From Thermoleophilaceae bacterium (GTDB lineage: Bacteria > Actinomycetota > Thermoleophilia > Solirubrobacterales > Thermoleophilaceae): 56,148 nt of DNA. The stretch covers positions 1-56,148 of the forward strand of contig JAXDJC010000219.1 in the NCBI GenBank assembly GCA_034663685.1. The letters are read 5' to 3'. A program made the translations under genes and the position numbers. Position 1 is the stretch's first letter. Each line of letters begins with the position of its first letter. Under the pieces are notes generated by a model, which made no database searches, had not been told where the DNA came from, and worked only from the letters and a program-made list of their open reading frames with translations. Positions 33,239 to 42,430 of the stretch are shown here, one piece after another.

Positions 33239-34059
33239 GCGACGGGCTCCGGCCGCGGGCGCTCACCGTGCTCGACTACGCCCGCCTCGTCCGTGAGCCA
33301 CTGCGTTTCGCCTGGCGCGAGCTCTCCGGCAGCCGCGCGCCTGGCCTCTACCGGCCGCGCGGCACCGACGTCCGCGTCCACGTCCGCCACAACTACCGCG
33401 ATGACGAGTGGCACGACATGTTCCCGCTGCTCGAGATCTTCCGTGAGCGCTGCTACGAGCCGCCCGGTCAGGTCGCGAACGCGCACGGGCGGCCGCGGTA
33501 CGTGATCGACCTCGGTGGACATCTCGGCTACTTCGGCGCGTTCGCGCTGACCCGATTCCCGGGCTGCCACGTGGTGAGCTTCGAGCCTGAGCCGGAGCAG
33601 GCGGCGCTGATCCGGCGCACGATCGACGTGAACGGATTGGCCGGGCGCTGGGAGCTGGTCGAGGCGGCCGCGCAGCCGCGGGACGGGACGGTCGCGCTCG
33701 TGGCGGGCCGCTCGATCGGCAGCCACATCGCCGCGCTTGGCGGGGGCGGGGGCACGGCCACTATCGAGGTGGCCGCCCGCGACCCGTTCCCCTTCCTCGG
33801 GGGCGCCGACCTCGCGAAGATCGACATCGAGGGGGCGGAGTGGGCACTGCTGGACGACGACCGCTTCGCCGGCGCGCGGCCGCGCGCGGTCGTCCTGGAG
33901 TATCACTCGGCCGGCTGCCCGGCGGGCAACGCCAAGCGCCATGCCTCCGATCGTCTCCGGGCGATGGGCTACGAGGTGTTGGCGGCGCCGGGCGACACGA
34001 ACCCCGACAAGGGTGACTTCTGGGGGCAGGGGCTGCTATGGGCCTGGCTCGCGCCCTGA
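33235..34059 (+). CDS. FkbM-family methyltransferase
   Basis: GTGA overlap with the upstream gene. IDLGGHLGYFG, SFEPEPEQ and KIDIEGAEWALL motifs. Confidence 0.8.
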   Translation: MSDGLRPRALTVLDYARLVREPLRFAWRELSGSRAPGLYRPRGTDVRVHVRHNYRDDEWHDMFPLLEIFRERCYEPPGQVANAHGRPRYVIDLGGHLGYFGAFALTRFPGCHVVSFEPEPEQAALIRRTIDVNGLAGRWELVEAAAQPRDGTVALVAGRSIGSHIAALGGGGGTATIEVAARDPFPFLGGADLAKIDIEGAEWALLDDDRFAGARPRAVVLEYHSAGCPAGNAKRHASDRLRAMGYEVLAAPGDTNPDKGDFWGQGLLWAWLAP

Positions 34060-34072
34060 TTCACTTCCGGCG

Positions 34073-35845
34073 ATGCTCTCGCGCCTGAAGGGCCGGAACG
34101 AGCTCTGGCTGAGGGGCGTGGCAATTCTCCTCCCGGCGCTCGCGCTCGCGGTCGTGGCCTGGTCTCACCGTTGGATGTCCGACGACGGGTTCATCAATCT
34201 GCGCGTCACGCAGAATCTGCTCGACGGCCACGGTCCGGTATTCAACGTCGGCGAGCGCGTCGAGGCCTATACGAGCCCCCTGTGGATCGCACTGCTGACG
34301 GTCGGGCAGAAGCTCACGTTCGGGCTCCCTCTCGAGTGGGTCGCCGTGCTGCTCGGGATGGGTTTTGCGAGCGTCGGGCTGGCGGCGGCGTCACTGGGCA
34401 GCGCCCGCCTGTGGGACGCCCCGGCGGATGCAGGCGGGCGGGCGCGAGTTCCCGTGGGGGCGCTCGTCGTGCTCGCTCTTCCTCCGTTTTGGGACTTCGC
34501 CTCTTCAGGTCTCGAGACCGGGCTCTCCTTCGCCTGGCTCGGGTTGACCTTCCTCGGACTCGTGGAGTGCATCGCGTTCGGATCCGAAGCTGTCACGCGG
34601 CGACGACTCGGACGTGCGCTCCGGCAACCTGCCCCAATAGCCGTCCTGGTCGGACTCGGCCCGCTGGTGCGGCCGGACTTTGCGATCTTCTCGGTCGCCC
34701 TCCTGGCCGCGCTCGTGTATGCCCGCTGGCCCGCGCGCCGGTGGCGCGCGTTGACAGCCCTGGTCTGGGCCGTGGCCCTCCCGGCCGCGTACGAAGTTTT
34801 CCGCGCGGGCTACTTCGCGGCCCTCGTTCCGACCACGGCGCTGGCGAAGAGCGCGGGTGAATCGCGCTGGCACAGGGGGTGGACGTACCTGCTGAACCTG
34901 GTCGAGCCGTACTGGCTCTGGGTACCCGCGGCGGCGCTGTGCGTCCTGGTGCTCGCACTGCTGCGCTCCGCAAGCGGCCGGGACCGGGGCGCTGTCGCCG
35001 TCCTCGCCGCCTGCGTCGGGTCGGGGCTGATTCATGTCGTCTACGTCACCCGAGTGGGCGGGGATTTCATGCACGCGCGCCTGCTTCTCCCCAGTGTCTT
35101 CGCGCTGATGCTCCCGGCAATGCTGGTACCGATCCCGCGACGACTCGTGGAGCGGGCCGCGATTGCGGTGGTCGCCGTCTGGGCTCTCGTCGCGGGGGCG
35201 ACCCTGCGCTATCCCCAAGCCGAGGCGCGCCCCGAGATAGACAACCTGCGCGAGGCCTATGTGCAGGGCACCGGAGATCCGCACCCGGTTCGCCTCGGTG
35301 CTTTTCGCGCGCTTTCCTACATGTGGGAGGTCGATGGGGAGTACGACCGAGAGCTGGCGCAGCGCATGCCTGCGATCGTCGCCTTTCGCACCGCACCCGG
35401 TCCGAAGCGAATCGAGGGCCGTCCGGCGACGTCGCTCCGCGCATCGGTGGTGGACAGCTACGAGGCGATCGGCCTCGCCGGATACGCGGCCGGGCCGAAC
35501 GTGTACATCGTCGACCTGCACGGACTCGCGGAGCCGATCGCGGCGCGCACCGAGGCGGCGTCGACCTGGAGAGCTGGGCACGAGAAGATGCTGCCCAACG
35601 CGTGGACGCTTGCGCGCTTTGCCGATCCGGCCAGCCTGCACCTGACTGCTGCGTCGGCGCGCGCGGTGGAGGCGGCGCGCCGCGCGATCGGGTGCGGCGA
35701 GCTGCACGATCTGCTCAGGGCGATCGAGGAGCCGCTCGACGCCGGGCGCTTCGTGGACAACCTCGGCGCGGCCGTGAGGCTGCGCTCGCTGCGGGTACCG
35801 CGCGATCCCGAGCAGGCCGCGCGCGCTCTCTGCGGCGCCGGGTGA
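34073..35845 (+). CDS. Polytopic membrane glycosyltransferase, GT-C fold (arabinofuranosyl- or mannosyltransferase-like)
   Basis: 590 aa with more than 10 TM helices and a first-loop acidic motif WMSDDGFINLRV. C-terminal soluble domain. Confidence 0.65.
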   Translation: MLSRLKGRNELWLRGVAILLPALALAVVAWSHRWMSDDGFINLRVTQNLLDGHGPVFNVGERVEAYTSPLWIALLTVGQKLTFGLPLEWVAVLLGMGFASVGLAAASLGSARLWDAPADAGGRARVPVGALVVLALPPFWDFASSGLETGLSFAWLGLTFLGLVECIAFGSEAVTRRRLGRALRQPAPIAVLVGLGPLVRPDFAIFSVALLAALVYARWPARRWRALTALVWAVALPAAYEVFRAGYFAALVPTTALAKSAGESRWHRGWTYLLNLVEPYWLWVPAAALCVLVLALLRSASGRDRGAVAVLAACVGSGLIHVVYVTRVGGDFMHARLLLPSVFALMLPAMLVPIPRRLVERAAIAVVAVWALVAGATLRYPQAEARPEIDNLREAYVQGTGDPHPVRLGAFRALSYMWEVDGEYDRELAQRMPAIVAFRTAPGPKRIEGRPATSLRASVVDSYEAIGLAGYAAGPNVYIVDLHGLAEPIAARTEAASTWRAGHEKMLPNAWTLARFADPASLHLTAASARAVEAARRAIGCGELHDLLRAIEEPLDAGRFVDNLGAAVRLRSLRVPRDPEQAARALCGAG

Positions 35846-35864
35846 GCTACCCGGCCGCGCGGGC

Positions 35865-36842
35865 CTAGAGGAGCACGGTGCGGTAGCGAACGCTGCCGCG
35901 CACGAACACGCCGATCTCGGCGATCTCCACAGCCCAGAGCTGGGGGAGACGCCGGACAGCGCGCAGCCGCTCGCGCGGGGCACCGCCGAAGTGGGTCGAC
36001 TCGTGCAGGTAATACGGGAGGACGGCGAGCGCCGCGGGGCGCCAGCGGGTCGAGCCCGCCAGTCCGGCGAGCGCCAGCGCGGCGAGCGCGTGCTCCTCGG
36101 TCCAGAACACCCGCAGCGTGCAGCGCGCGCGCAGCCGCGGGTGCTTCTTTACGACGTAGGCCAGGTGCTGCCACTTGTCGTTCGCACGCAGCTTCTCCGC
36201 GAAGGTGACCGCCTCAGCGGCGTGGTAGACGAGCGCGTCCGCCGCGCCGACAAGCCGTGCACCCGCCTCCTGCGCCCGCAGCGCGAGGTCCATGTCCTCG
36301 CCGGTGATCGCGCGTTCGTCGAACCCGCCCACGCGGTCGAGCAGGGCGCGCTCGTAGAGGATGTTGCACGTCTGCGTGAACTCGCCGGGCGGGTCGGGCG
36401 CCCAGACGGTGCGCAGGTAGAGCGGTGAGCCGATCCGCTCCAGGTCGAGCGGATCGGGCCGTGTCGCGCCCTGCACGATCGCCCCCGGCTCGGCGCGCGC
36501 CCGCACGAGCAGCCGCTCGAGCCAGTCCGCCACCGGCCGGCAGTCGTCGTCGGTGAAGGCGACGATCGGCGCCCGTGCCTCCTCGAGGCCGGCGTTCCGC
36601 TGCACCGAGGGCCGCGCCGCGGCGGGATCGACCTGAACCTGCCGGAGCACGCCGGCGCCCGCCAGCTCGTGCGACCCGAGCACCCGCTCGGCCACGTCTG
36701 CCGCGTATGTGTGCGCGACGACGAGCTCCCACCGCTCGCGCGGCAGTGTCTGGACGGCCAGTGCGTCGAGCAGGATCGCCAAGCGGTCCTCGCGGTCATG
36801 TGACGCGACGACCACGCTGACTTCCGGGAGCGGCGGCGCCAC
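35865..36842 (-). CDS. Glycosyltransferase family 2
   Basis: VSVVVASHDRED and FTDDDC motifs. Confidence 0.85.
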   Translation of the reverse strand: MAPPLPEVSVVVASHDREDRLAILLDALAVQTLPRERWELVVAHTYAADVAERVLGSHELAGAGVLRQVQVDPAAARPSVQRNAGLEEARAPIVAFTDDDCRPVADWLERLLVRARAEPGAIVQGATRPDPLDLERIGSPLYLRTVWAPDPPGEFTQTCNILYERALLDRVGGFDERAITGEDMDLALRAQEAGARLVGAADALVYHAAEAVTFAEKLRANDKWQHLAYVVKKHPRLRARCTLRVFWTEEHALAALALAGLAGSTRWRPAALAVLPYYLHESTHFGGAPRERLRAVRRLPQLWAVEIAEIGVFVRGSVRYRTVLL

Positions 36843-36865
36843 GGCCGGGAGTCTATGTTCCGGCG

Positions 36866-38050
36866 GTGCGGATTCTGGCGGTCGGCAACATGTACCCGCC
36901 GCACCACTTCGGCGGCTACGAGCTGGTGTGGCGGGCGGCGATGCGGCACCTCGAGAGCCACGGCCACGACGTGCGGATCCTCACGACTGACCTCGACACC
37001 GGCGCCGCCGGGCCGAACGACCCCGAGGTCCACCGAGAGCTGCGCTGGTACTGGCGCGACCATGCGTTCCCGCGGCTGCCGTTGCACGAGCGGCTGCGAC
37101 TCGAGCGCCACAACGCGCGCGTTCTGAGATGCCACCTGGACGCGCACCGGCCGGACGTGGTCACGTGGTGGTCGATGGGCGGCATGTCGCTGTCGATGCT
37201 CGAAGCGGTACGCCGGCGGGGGCTCCCCGCGGTGGCTTTCGTGCACGACGACTGGCTCGACTACGGCCGGACCGCCGACGGATGGACCGGGCTGTTCGCC
37301 GCGCGAATGAGCAGGCTTGCACCGCTGGCCGAGCGCGTGACCGGGGCCCCCACGCGGGTCGACCTCGAGCACGCCGCCCGCTACGTCTTCGTGAGCGACA
37401 CCACCCGGCGTCGCGCGCTCGAGGCGGGAGTGCGTATGGCCAGCACAGGGATCGCCCACTCGGGCATCGATCCGGGGTTCGTGGACCCGGCCCCACCGCG
37501 CGGTTGGGACTGGTCGCTCCTCTACGTCGGGCGGCTCGACGAGCGCAAGGGCGTGCACACCGCCGTCGAGGCCCTCGCCCACCTGCCCGCCGCCGCCACG
37601 TTGGCGATCGCCGGCGGCTGGGACGAGGACGAGGAGGCGCGGCTGGTCGGGCTGGCGGAGCGCCTCGGGGTAGCGGGCCGGGTGCGCTTCCTCGGTCAGC
37701 GGACGCGGGCGGAGGTGCGGGCGGACTACGCCGACACCGACGCCGTCGTGTTCCCGGTCATCTGGGAGGAGCCATGGGGACTCGTCCCGCTCGAGGCGAT
37801 GGCGCGCGGGCGGCCGGTCGTGGCGACGGGGCGCGGCGGCTCCGGCGAGTACCTGCGCGACGGCGAGAACGCGCTGCTGTTCGAGGCGGGTGACCCGGCC
37901 GCCCTCGCCGGCGCGGTCACGCGTCTCGCGGAGGATCCGGAGCTGCGCGCGCGGCTCTGCGAGGGCGGTTCCCGGACCGCACCGCACCACACGGAGGACG
38001 CGCTGAACGCGGCGGTGCTGCGCGAGCTGACCGCCGCCTGCGGGCGCTAG
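36866..38050 (+). CDS. Glycosyltransferase family 4
   Basis: MRILAVGNMYPPHHFGGYE N-terminus and EEPWGLVPLEAMARGRPVVATGRGGSGEY. Confidence 0.9.
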   Translation: MRILAVGNMYPPHHFGGYELVWRAAMRHLESHGHDVRILTTDLDTGAAGPNDPEVHRELRWYWRDHAFPRLPLHERLRLERHNARVLRCHLDAHRPDVVTWWSMGGMSLSMLEAVRRRGLPAVAFVHDDWLDYGRTADGWTGLFAARMSRLAPLAERVTGAPTRVDLEHAARYVFVSDTTRRRALEAGVRMASTGIAHSGIDPGFVDPAPPRGWDWSLLYVGRLDERKGVHTAVEALAHLPAAATLAIAGGWDEDEEARLVGLAERLGVAGRVRFLGQRTRAEVRADYADTDAVVFPVIWEEPWGLVPLEAMARGRPVVATGRGGSGEYLRDGENALLFEAGDPAALAGAVTRLAEDPELRARLCEGGSRTAPHHTEDALNAAVLRELTAACGR

Positions 38051-38094
38051 CAGAGTGCCTCGGGGCCGAGGGCGCACCAGTACCATCGCGCGCC

Positions 38095-39438
38095 ATGGTG
38101 CATGCCGTCGAGGTGAGCGGGATCACCGCCGCGCGGCCGGCGGCGCGGACGCACGGTTCGCTTTCGCGCGCGCGTGCGCTGGTGGCCCGTCCGGGCCGCG
38201 TGGCCTGGACGATCCTCCTCGTGGCTCTGGCAGCTCGGGTGGCGGATGTCCTCCTGACCGACTTCGTCCCGATCTTCGACCCCGGCGACTACGCGCGCCA
38301 TGCCCGGTCGCTCTCTGAGGGCCACGGGTACCCGGGCTCTCTCATATCCGGCGTCGACGACCCCACCGCCCTCAGGATGCCGCTGTACCCGCTCTTCCTG
38401 GCCGCGATCGATCCTCTGACCGGCGACCGCTGGGAGCTGGCCCGGCTCGCTCAGGCACTGCTGGGCACGGTCACGGTAGGCCTGATCGGGCTGATCGGCA
38501 CGCGGCTCTTCAGCCGGCGCGTCGGGCTCGTGGCAATGGCCCTAGCGGCGGTGTTCCCGCCGTTCATCGTGCTCACCGGCACGCTCATGAGCGAGAACCT
38601 GCTTCTCCCGCTCGAGCTCGGAGCGCTCCTCGCCCTGCTGGAGCACCTGCGGTCTGACCATCGCTATCGCTGGGCCGCCGTGGCCGGGGTCCTGTCCGGG
38701 CTCGCGATGCTCACGCGGCCCAACGCCGCCGTGCTGCTACTGGCCCTGGTCCTCGGCATTCTGAGCACACGGCCACGGCACTGGCGCGGCGTCGCCGTGC
38801 TCGTGGTCGCGGCGGCGATCGTCTACGCGCCGTGGCCGATCCGGAACGCCGTGACGCTGAAGGAGTTCGTGCCGGTCTCCACCGAGTTCGGCCTGGTCGC
38901 CGAGAGCACGTACAACGACTACTCGGCCCACCTCGGGAAGAAGCCGGGCGTGTGGGTGGCGCCGTGGCAGCAACCCCCCGGGGCGGCCCAGGCCATCCTG
39001 GCCGACAAGTCGCTGAGCGAGCCGGAGATGGACCGCAGGCTCACGGCCGAGGCGCGGCACTTCGTCCGCCACCATCCGACCTACCCCGCCGAGGTCGGCT
39101 TCTGGAACTCCATGCGGCTGCTGCACATCACCCAGCCCAACCAGTGGTGGTACTGGCAGAACCTCGGCCTCTCAAGGAACAACGGCGCGTTCACGCAGTG
39201 GGGCTTCTATCCGGTGCTGCTGCTCGCGCTCGTGGGCATCTTCCTTCCCGGCGTCACGCGCGCCCCGCGCTGGATCTGGCTCACGCCGATCCTCATGTGG
39301 GTCAGCCTGGTCTTCGTCAACAATGAGCCGCGCGCGCGGGCTCCGATCGACCCGTACTTCCTGCTGCTCGCCGCGCTGGGGGCCGTGGCCCTCTGGGATC
39401 GACTGCGGCGGCGAGAACCGGCGGCGGCACCGGCTTGA
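38095..39438 (+). CDS. ArnT/PMT-like GT-C glycosyltransferase (GT39/GT83-like)
   Basis: DPGDYARHARSLSEGHGY...RMPLYPLFLAAI first-loop pattern and about 11 TM helices. Confidence 0.8.
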   Translation: MVHAVEVSGITAARPAARTHGSLSRARALVARPGRVAWTILLVALAARVADVLLTDFVPIFDPGDYARHARSLSEGHGYPGSLISGVDDPTALRMPLYPLFLAAIDPLTGDRWELARLAQALLGTVTVGLIGLIGTRLFSRRVGLVAMALAAVFPPFIVLTGTLMSENLLLPLELGALLALLEHLRSDHRYRWAAVAGVLSGLAMLTRPNAAVLLLALVLGILSTRPRHWRGVAVLVVAAAIVYAPWPIRNAVTLKEFVPVSTEFGLVAESTYNDYSAHLGKKPGVWVAPWQQPPGAAQAILADKSLSEPEMDRRLTAEARHFVRHHPTYPAEVGFWNSMRLLHITQPNQWWYWQNLGLSRNNGAFTQWGFYPVLLLALVGIFLPGVTRAPRWIWLTPILMWVSLVFVNNEPRARAPIDPYFLLLAALGAVALWDRLRRREPAAAPA

Positions 39439-42224
39439 CCACTCGCAGACGGCTGGCGGCGCTGATCGCAGCCGGCACCGTCGTGCGCCTGATCCTGGCC
39501 GTGACGACGAAGGGCCAGGGGTATGACATGCACTCACTGGAGGTCGTGCGCCGCACCCTCGCGGACTACGGGCTGCACGTCTACGGCCACGTGAACGAGG
39601 GCGGCCTCCACTGGCCCTACGGCTCCGGGTTCTTCCCCTTCGTCGCGCTCGCCGGTGAGCTGGCGGGCGGCAGCAGCACGGCGTTCCACGCCCTGGTCCG
39701 GGTGCCCTCGATCGCGGCGGACGCCGCCCTGGCGTGGCTTGTCCAGGACTACCTGCGCGGCCGGGGCGCCCACGACAACGCCCGGCTCGGCGCCGCCGCG
39801 GTGGTCGCGCTGGGCCCCGTCTTCGTCGCGATCTCGGGCTTCCACGGCCAGATCGACTCGCTCGCCATCCTCCCGGCGGCGGCGGCGCTGGTCGTGTGGG
39901 AGCGAATGGACGGCGAGCGTCGTGCGCTGTTCGCCGGCGCGCTGATCGGCGTCGGCGGAGCGATCAAGACGGTTCCGCTATTGATGGTGCTTGCCCTCGC
40001 TCCGACCTCGCGTTCTTGGCGCGAGCTCGCCGGTCTCGCCGTCTCGGCGGTCGCCGTGCCGCTCATCGTCGTCGCGCCGTTCCTGGCCACCACTCCGCAC
40101 GACGTCTTGCGCGTGCTGCGCGGCTACCACGGCTACCCGGGCCAGGGCGGCCTGAGCCTGGCGGTCCAGCCCAAGCTGGCACTGCCGTGGCTGAAGGGCC
40201 TGCACGCCGCGCCCGTGCACTACTCGCAGCTCACCCAGCACATCTTCTTCCACGCGGGCCTGGTGATCGACGCGGTGGTGGTCGCGGTGGCCGCCTTCCT
40301 CGTTCGCTACCGGCCGCCGCCCGCCCTCGCTGCCACGGTTCTGTGGCTCGCCGTCCTCGCGCTCGCGCCCGGGTTCTTCTTTCAGTACCTGATCTGGGGC
40401 CTGCCGTTCTTCGTGATGGCGGGCTACACGCGGTCCGCCGGGCTGCTCCAGCTCGCGTCGCTTCCACCGATGCTCATGTACTACCTCGCGCCCTGGGGCT
40501 CGAACGGGCCTGCGTACGTGTTCATCGCGATTCAACTGGCCACATGGATCTGCATGCTGCTTGCGCTGGTGCATGTGGGCCGCGGCATCGTCGCGGGCGG
40601 GCAGGGGCCCGCTCGACTCCTGCCCCAGATCCTGCCGGCCGCGCTCGGCCGGACGGCCCTGCGCAGGCTCGAGCTGTCCATGTTCGGGGCAGTCGCGGTG
40701 TTCTCGGTCGTCCCGCTCGCCGTGCTCGTCCGCCACGCGGGCGCACACGATCTCGTGTTCTCCGGCGTGGACGGGCCGTTCCCCGCAGACCAGTTCCAGT
40801 ACCTGTCCTGGGTCAGGCAGTTCGGCGACCACCTGCTGGTGGCGAACCAGTTCGACATCGCGGCGAGCAGCCGGGTGTTCCTCCACCCGATGTTCCTGGT
40901 GAGCGGCCTGCTCTCCAGCTTGGGCGTGAGCACGTCCCTGGCGTACCTGTTGTGGAAGCCGGTTGCCGTGGTTCTCCTCTGCCTCGGCTTCCGCGCGTAC
41001 GTGACGCGCTTCCTGACCGCCGGCTGGGAGCGGGCCTGCGCCCTTTTGATCGCTCTATTTTGCGCTGTGCCGGTCGCTGCGCTGATGGACTGGGGGTCGA
41101 TCGACTCGAGCCCGGACTTCTTCTCCGGCGTGGCCCGGGTCACGGCGGAGCTGTTCCCCGCCGAACTGACCTGGGGCTATCTGCCGACGGTGATCGCGGT
41201 CGGGCTGATGCCGCTGTTCCTGCTCGGCGCCGAGCGACTCGTCCGGCCCTTCTCCGAGAAGGCCGACCCGCACAGGCGACGCAACACGCTCCTCCTCGCC
41301 GCGTGCGGGGCGACCGTCTCGTGGCTGCATCCCTGGCAGGGGGAGATCGTGCTGGTCACCGTTCTCGGGGCAATCGCGGTCGCCGGCTTCGGGCGCCGGT
41401 ACCTGGCCCTGGCGGCCCCCGTGGTGGCCGTCGCGGCCCCACTCGCCTACTACGCGGTTCTGTCGCGTGCCGACTCCGCGTGGAAGCTCGCCCAGCACGC
41501 GAACGCAGTGAGCGGACAGGCCGGAGGCCATATCCCAGCCGGGGCCACCCTGCTGGCCCTCGCCCCGATCGCCATTCCCGCGCTGTGGGGGATCCGCGGC
41601 AGGCCGGCCGACTTCGGTGAGCGAATGCTCCTGCTCTGGCCGGTGGGCACCGCCCTCGTCTTCATGCTCTTGTCCCCGTCCTTTCCCCAGCACGCGTTCG
41701 AGGGGCTCAGCCTTCCGCTGGCGATTCTCGCCGTCCGTGGCCTTGCCCGGATCGAGCGCCCGGTCGCGTGGACGCTGGCGTTTGCGCTGGCGCTGACCAT
41801 CCCGGGGACCGCGTGGGCGCTGGACACCATGCGCAAGAACATGAACTCGGGCCAGCAGCCCTTCTATCTGACGCGGGACGAGCAGAGTGCGTTCGACTAC
41901 CTGCGCATGTCGCGCGAGCCGGGGGGCGTTCTGCCGACCGCCTACCTCGGCCCGCTCGTGCCCGACCGAACCGGCCGGCGGACATGGGTGGGCCACGTGT
42001 CGTGGACGCCCGATTTCGAGGGCAGGCTGCGCGAGACCGAAGCGCTCTTCTACGGAAAGCTGCCGTCTGACCGCGCCGTGGCCCTGGTCCGGTCATCCGG
42101 CGCCTCGTTCGTGCTCAGCGACTGCAAGCATCGCGCCGATCTGCTCCCGGCCCTGGATCCGATCGTGGTGGGTGTCCGGCGGTTCGGATGCGCCACCGTG
42201 TACCGGGTGCGCGGGCGCCAGTAG
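39435..42224 (+). CDS. 929-aa fusion membrane protein: N-terminal GT87/DUF2029-like module plus a C-terminal module paralogous to 48042-49598
   Basis: The TTG start overlaps the upstream TGA. The N-terminal about 400 aa form a polytopic domain with HWPYGSGFFPF. The C-terminal about 500 aa align with the 518-aa protein (DGPFPADQFQYLSWVRQFG with DGPFAGDQLQYLSWIREAG; VRRFGCATVYRVRG with VRHFGCATIYELRR). Confidence 0.75.
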   Translation: MTTRRRLAALIAAGTVVRLILAVTTKGQGYDMHSLEVVRRTLADYGLHVYGHVNEGGLHWPYGSGFFPFVALAGELAGGSSTAFHALVRVPSIAADAALAWLVQDYLRGRGAHDNARLGAAAVVALGPVFVAISGFHGQIDSLAILPAAAALVVWERMDGERRALFAGALIGVGGAIKTVPLLMVLALAPTSRSWRELAGLAVSAVAVPLIVVAPFLATTPHDVLRVLRGYHGYPGQGGLSLAVQPKLALPWLKGLHAAPVHYSQLTQHIFFHAGLVIDAVVVAVAAFLVRYRPPPALAATVLWLAVLALAPGFFFQYLIWGLPFFVMAGYTRSAGLLQLASLPPMLMYYLAPWGSNGPAYVFIAIQLATWICMLLALVHVGRGIVAGGQGPARLLPQILPAALGRTALRRLELSMFGAVAVFSVVPLAVLVRHAGAHDLVFSGVDGPFPADQFQYLSWVRQFGDHLLVANQFDIAASSRVFLHPMFLVSGLLSSLGVSTSLAYLLWKPVAVVLLCLGFRAYVTRFLTAGWERACALLIALFCAVPVAALMDWGSIDSSPDFFSGVARVTAELFPAELTWGYLPTVIAVGLMPLFLLGAERLVRPFSEKADPHRRRNTLLLAACGATVSWLHPWQGEIVLVTVLGAIAVAGFGRRYLALAAPVVAVAAPLAYYAVLSRADSAWKLAQHANAVSGQAGGHIPAGATLLALAPIAIPALWGIRGRPADFGERMLLLWPVGTALVFMLLSPSFPQHAFEGLSLPLAILAVRGLARIERPVAWTLAFALALTIPGTAWALDTMRKNMNSGQQPFYLTRDEQSAFDYLRMSREPGGVLPTAYLGPLVPDRTGRRTWVGHVSWTPDFEGRLRETEALFYGKLPSDRAVALVRSSGASFVLSDCKHRADLLPALDPIVVGVRRFGCATVYRVRGRQ

Positions 42225-42430
42225 CCGCCTATCATGCGTCGGCTCTTGGGGGGGTTAGGCCGTAAAACCTGGCTTACCGGCCTCGCCGGCCTGGGTTCGC
42301 TCGCCGTAGCCGCCCGCCTCGCCCGGCGACGTGACGAGATGGCGCGGGAGCGGGAGCAGCCGGCGGCGGAGGGCAACTGGTCCCCCGTGCGCCGGGACGA
42401 GCCGAGCCTCGGCGACGCGAGGAGCATGCT

